Assembly: GCF_001194135.2 (NCBI RefSeq)
Contig: NC_068998.1
Location: 24,347,636-24,397,640, forward strand
Direction of reading: 5' to 3'
Origin: Octopus bimaculoides
Lineage: Eukaryota
DNA: 50,005 bases
Positions 45,990 through 50,005 of the stretch are shown here, in pieces. The position numbers and the translations under genes are program-made. The notes under the pieces were generated by a model. The model saw only the letters and a list, made by a program, of their open reading frames with translations, searched no databases and was not told the DNA's origin. How positions within the stretch are numbered: the stretch's first letter is position 1; every line of letters begins with the position of its first letter.

Positions 45990-48900
45990 ACAGGTCAATC
46001 ATGGAGACTGGCTGGACAAAGGTAGTTAGATAGGAGAGGAGGGAAGAAGGGGAGACAATAAAGTATTGGTGATACGAAAACGAAGGTGCGCATGCGTGTG
46101 TGTATGTGAGAGTGTGGATCGGGGCTAGTGACTTTGATGTTAGGATGTGTGCGTGTGTAAGTGTGTGCGTCTGTAATGTATGGATGTGTGGATGATGGTG
46201 TGGGTGTTGGGAAGTGGTCAGTGCTAGTGTGTGCGGGGTGGTGTGACGTGGCAATATGTGGTGTGGGATTCTAGGGGTGTGGGAATATGAAAGTGGCCTG
46301 TGGGTTTGGGGGTGATGTTGTGGGGGTAAGAGTGGAGTATATGCGACTGGGATGTGTGAGGGTGGGGTGGATGAAGGCGGTATCAATGAAGGGAGAAGGA
46401 GGATAGTAGTGAAAAGAGGAAGTAGGTGTCAGATGAAGAGAGGATAGGATGGGAGTCAGATGAGGGGAGGGGATTTGAGCCCATGTGGTGCAAAGGAGCA
46501 ATGTGAGAAGATTAATTCCTGTTTATGGCAAAGGCGGGAGTCCGGATGGCGCCTGTGAAAAGACATTCCTAACATAAACAAGTGTTGTAATGAATGACCG
46601 GTAGAGAGGAAATGGTGCTACACCAGGATGTCATTGCTGAGTCTAATGTCTTGAAGGTGTTCCGCGAACCGGTCAGCCTAGTGGCATCCCATTTGACCGA
46701 TGTACAGAGAAAGACAGAAAGACCAGGAGATGCAGTAAATGACGTTGTTAGACGTGCAGGTAAAGGAGTCAGTCATATGGTAGGGATGATGATTGGTGCC
46801 AGTGAGGATGGTGGTGTTGAAGAGGTAGAAGCAAATGTGGAAGCGTGGGCACGACCAGAGAAACGAGCCAGGTTGGGAGGTGGGGTTAGGAAATAAGCTG
46901 TGAACCAGGAGGTCATGTAGGTTGTGGGCTTATTTGAAGGAGGGAAGAGGTAGATTGGAGAAGATGTGCGAAGTGGTGGAGTCGGACTGGAGTCGCTGGA
47001 AGGCTCGGAGAATGGTGCGTTGAGGGACATGATGGATTGGTGGTAGGTGAGGGGAAACGGAAGATAGCTAACGAAAGGATGAGTGTAGGGAGAGAGAGAA
47101 AAGTGGCACAGTCCACAGAAGTGTTCTGTTAAGGGCGGTGTGGATAGTGGTGAGGGGATATCCACGAAGGGTGAAGTGGTGAGCCATGAGTTGAGACTGA
47201 GTCTCAAAGTCATGGTTGTCACTGAAGAGCCTGCGCAGACGGAGGAATTGGGAGTAGGGGATGGTGAGCTTGGTGTGGGTAGGGTGAGAGGAGGAGAAGT
47301 TGAGGTATGAGTGTGAGTCGGTGTGTTTGTAGTTGATTGAGATAGTCAGAGTGGAGTTGTGTTTGTTGACCAAAATGTCGAGAAAGGCGATGAAAATGTT
47401 GGAAATGGTACAGGAGAATTCGAAGGCAGGATGGAATGATTGTACAAAAGAGAGGAAAGAGTCTAGTTGTTCGCAGGAGAGCAAGAGTACACCGATACAT
47501 TCATTAATATAACAATCATATAGTTCGAGAGTGCGACCAGTGAATCTTGAAAATATTTGGTCTCCAACGTAGCCAACGAACATATTCACATAATTGGAGC
47601 CCATTCTCTTTCCCATGGCCACTCCCGAGTCAGTTTGTAACACTACCCTGCGACCGAGAGGCAGATGAGAGAGAGAACTCGTTCGGCCAGATGAGGTGTG
47701 GATGTGTCAGGTTGAGGGTTGGGTCGAAGGTCTAGGAAGTGTTTGATGGGAAGAAGTCCTTTGTGGTGTAGAATCACCGTATATAGACTTTTGATATCAA
47801 GAGTGAAGAGAAGTTTAGACGGTCCAGGAGGGAAGGAGAAAGAGTTGAAAAGACTCTACCCTTGTCAGCCGGTTTTACGATAATGTCTTTGCGGCGTTGG
47901 AGACATCGAAGGGCCGAGAGTTCGGCTGGGGAGATGTTCAGATGTCGGGGACGCCTGTGAAAGTTAAACCGGTCCACAACACGTTGAGAGATGCCCGCAA
48001 AATGATCGACAGCTTGTAACTGGTTAGGTGCTGGCGTTCAGTGGAATGGTTGGTAGACCAGGTCGGTGAAGCAGTCCTCTTCATTAGATGCAGGTGGAGT
48101 GTTGTGGAATAATGCATATAGCATGACACGGTGCACAAAGTTATGAATATCAGCACGGGTCTGAAATTTGTTACTGGATGGAGTGATTGGGATGAAGCGA
48201 TGACCCTACTGAGAAGAGAGCACTCTGCCTCAGAGAGGGGAAGATCAGACTGAAGTGGGGAGGGGTGGATGGGTTAGATGTGGTAGGGGTGGTAGGGGTA
48301 GTGGAAGGTTGAGAGGAGGGAGAGGAAAGGTAAGTGTGTAGGGGTTGGCATGACGTAGGGTTTGGGGTGAGGATGAAGGGGAAGTGTATCGGGGAGGGAG
48401 GGGTGAGGCTAGTTGCATCGGGTGTAACAGAATGGAGGAGTTAGTGGAGTTTGCGTTGCTTAGTGCAAGCGAGATATTCATGGAAGAGATGATTTAAATG
48501 TATTATGTAGCGTAGTGTGTGCATAGGAAGGTGAAAGAGAGGAGTAAAAGTTGAAATAAGCGAAAGGGAGAAAGCAGTCAATGTTGTGTATTTTGGAGAG
48601 ATTGGAACGAATGATGGCACGCATAAGGCAGTAGGAGGTAGTACGGAGTATGTGTAGGATGGCTGAAGCAGAGTAGAAAGTGGGGTGAAAGTGGAGGCGA
48701 AAACCTTTGGGGTGGTGGTGAAGGCAGCGACTGAGAAATGAAATGTGGCTAAAGAACCGTATTTTATGGAAATTAGTAGGGAAAGATTAATAAAAGGTTG
48801 AAAGCTGCGGAAAGGAAGTGGAAAGGTGTTTCTTTAGGCAGTGGTAAAGGTGGAGGAGGAAAGATTTGTAATTGGGCATGACTGAAAAAGAGAAAAAAAG

Positions 48901-49853
48901 CGAGAGAGAAAGGTAAAGTAATGACGTATGATGTATAAAAGTTCAAAAGATTGAAAAGGTGTGAGGAGAAAAAAAATTCAAAAGGCAGGAGGAGAAGAAA
49001 AATGAAAAGAAGAGAAAGAAGAAGAAAACAAGAAACGGAAAGAAAAAAAGAAGAGAAGAAGAGATGACAAAAGGAAAAGAAAGGGAGGGAGAAAGAGAGA
49101 GAGAGAGAGGCAAAGTAACAACATGCGGATTAAGAAAAAACAGAGTAAACAAGAAACAGAATAAGAAAATAAAAGTTCAAAAGGTTCAAACGTCGTGGTG
49201 TATTGGAGCGATTTTTCATCAACAGAAGATTCCTGTGAATGTATATCCGGTAGTAATCCGGGTGGAATCCTGGTGTGTAGATGAGGAGAGGTGCAGACAT
49301 TTCAGGTAGAAGTAACCCCGAAGTGTATGAGGGTAAAGCAAGACAAAACTGGTGCGACCTCGTGGGCGTACAATATATAGTTGAAATTTACAGAGAAACA
49401 AAAGACAAAGGGAGGTGTATAAACAACAAGCAGGCGTATTAGTTTGACATTCGGTGAGGTGAGAAAGTGTTTTACGTTTTGAGCCTACACCCTTCAGAAA
49501 GGAACACGAAATAATAACAAAAAATTGGAACTAGCAGTCAATCATGGCGACAGGCAAAACATAGGTAGTTAGACAGGAGAGCTAGGAAGAAGAGGAGATA
49601 ACAAAGTCGTGGTGATCCCAAAACGATATGTGAGAGTGTGTATGTGTGCGTGTGGATAGGGGATGGGGACTTTGATGTGTGAATGTGTGCATGTGTAAGT
49701 GTGTGCGTCTGTAATGTGTGAGTGTGTGGATGATGGTGTGGGTGCTGGGAAGTGGTCAGTGCTAGTGTGTGCGGGGTGGTCTGTGGTGTGGGGATATGAG
49801 GGTGGGGTGTGTGTTTGGAGTGATGATGTGGGGGGATGTATGAGGTTGGGGAT
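45990..49853 (-). mobile_element. Penelope-like retroelement (RT + GIY-YIG), near full length, decayed, with direct terminal repeats
   Basis: Minus-strand frames give SHISFLSRCL..PKGF (N-terminal), DIIVKPADKG, LFTLDIKSLYT, GVAMG..MG.NY, YINE (degenerate YIDD), FLDI and HSYLNFSSSHP..IPYSQFLRLRR. GIY-YIG FTCTSNNVIYCI...LYIGQ...RFAEH lies at about 46500-46790. 45990-46380 is repeated directly at 49535-49853. Confidence 0.93.
49467..49502 (-). ncRNA. decayed hammerhead motif in the PLE 5' terminal region
   Basis: CCUUU-CUG---AA-GGGU-GUAG-GCUC-AAAAC-GU-A-AAAC; homologous to the 13734-13769 motif but with a 3-nt core deletion and G12A. Confidence 0.6.
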
Positions 49854-49854
49854 G

Positions 49855-49970
49855 TATATATGTACGTATATATATGTATGTATATATGTGTGTATATATA
49901 TGTATATATATATGTATATATGTATTTACATATATATATATATGTACATACATATGTATATATGCATGTA

Positions 49971-50005
<35 letters not shown>
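49855..50005. repeat. (TA)n/(TATG)n low-complexity tract
   Basis: Direct reading. Confidence 0.9.

Noticed and set aside
46594-46896. 100-aa plus-strand ORF (MTGREEMV...)
   Set aside because: It is the antisense shadow of the PLE GIY-YIG region, with no independent evidence.

Overview
Eukaryotic, AT-rich, repeat-dense genomic DNA. It has nine assembly gaps (N runs at about 3281-3430, 4089-4647, 9806-10107, 13119-13443, 18876-18885, 25683-25826, 31288-31414, 33143-33319, 45710-45755), most of them next to microsatellites. The repeat set resembles a cephalopod genome such as Octopus; this is an inference and no database search was run. No intact host gene, rRNA, functional tRNA or CRISPR array can be supported. 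Nearly all ORFs in the supplied track are microsatellite or N artefacts, or transposon relics. The window holds decayed Tc1 and mariner elements, a hAT deletion derivative, TTAA MITEs, probable Helitron ends, Ty3/gypsy gag and RNaseH-integrase relics, several RTE-clade LINE fragments, at least three tRNA-derived SINE families, and a roughly 3.9 kb Penelope-like element (PLE) with RT, GIY-YIG and direct terminal repeats. Three non-coding observations stand out: (i) seven minimal hammerhead-ribozyme-like motifs, in the PLE terminal region and in short non-autonomous units; (ii) two short elements that join a tRNA-like Pol III head to a hammerhead-like tail, placed head-to-head at 42250-42775; (iii) a 324 bp TA-flanked MITE whose 96 bp inverted repeats enclose a tRNA-like A-box/B-box cassette (41829-42152). 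All alignments and folds were done by eye, so boundaries are approximate unless TIR or TSD bases are quoted.
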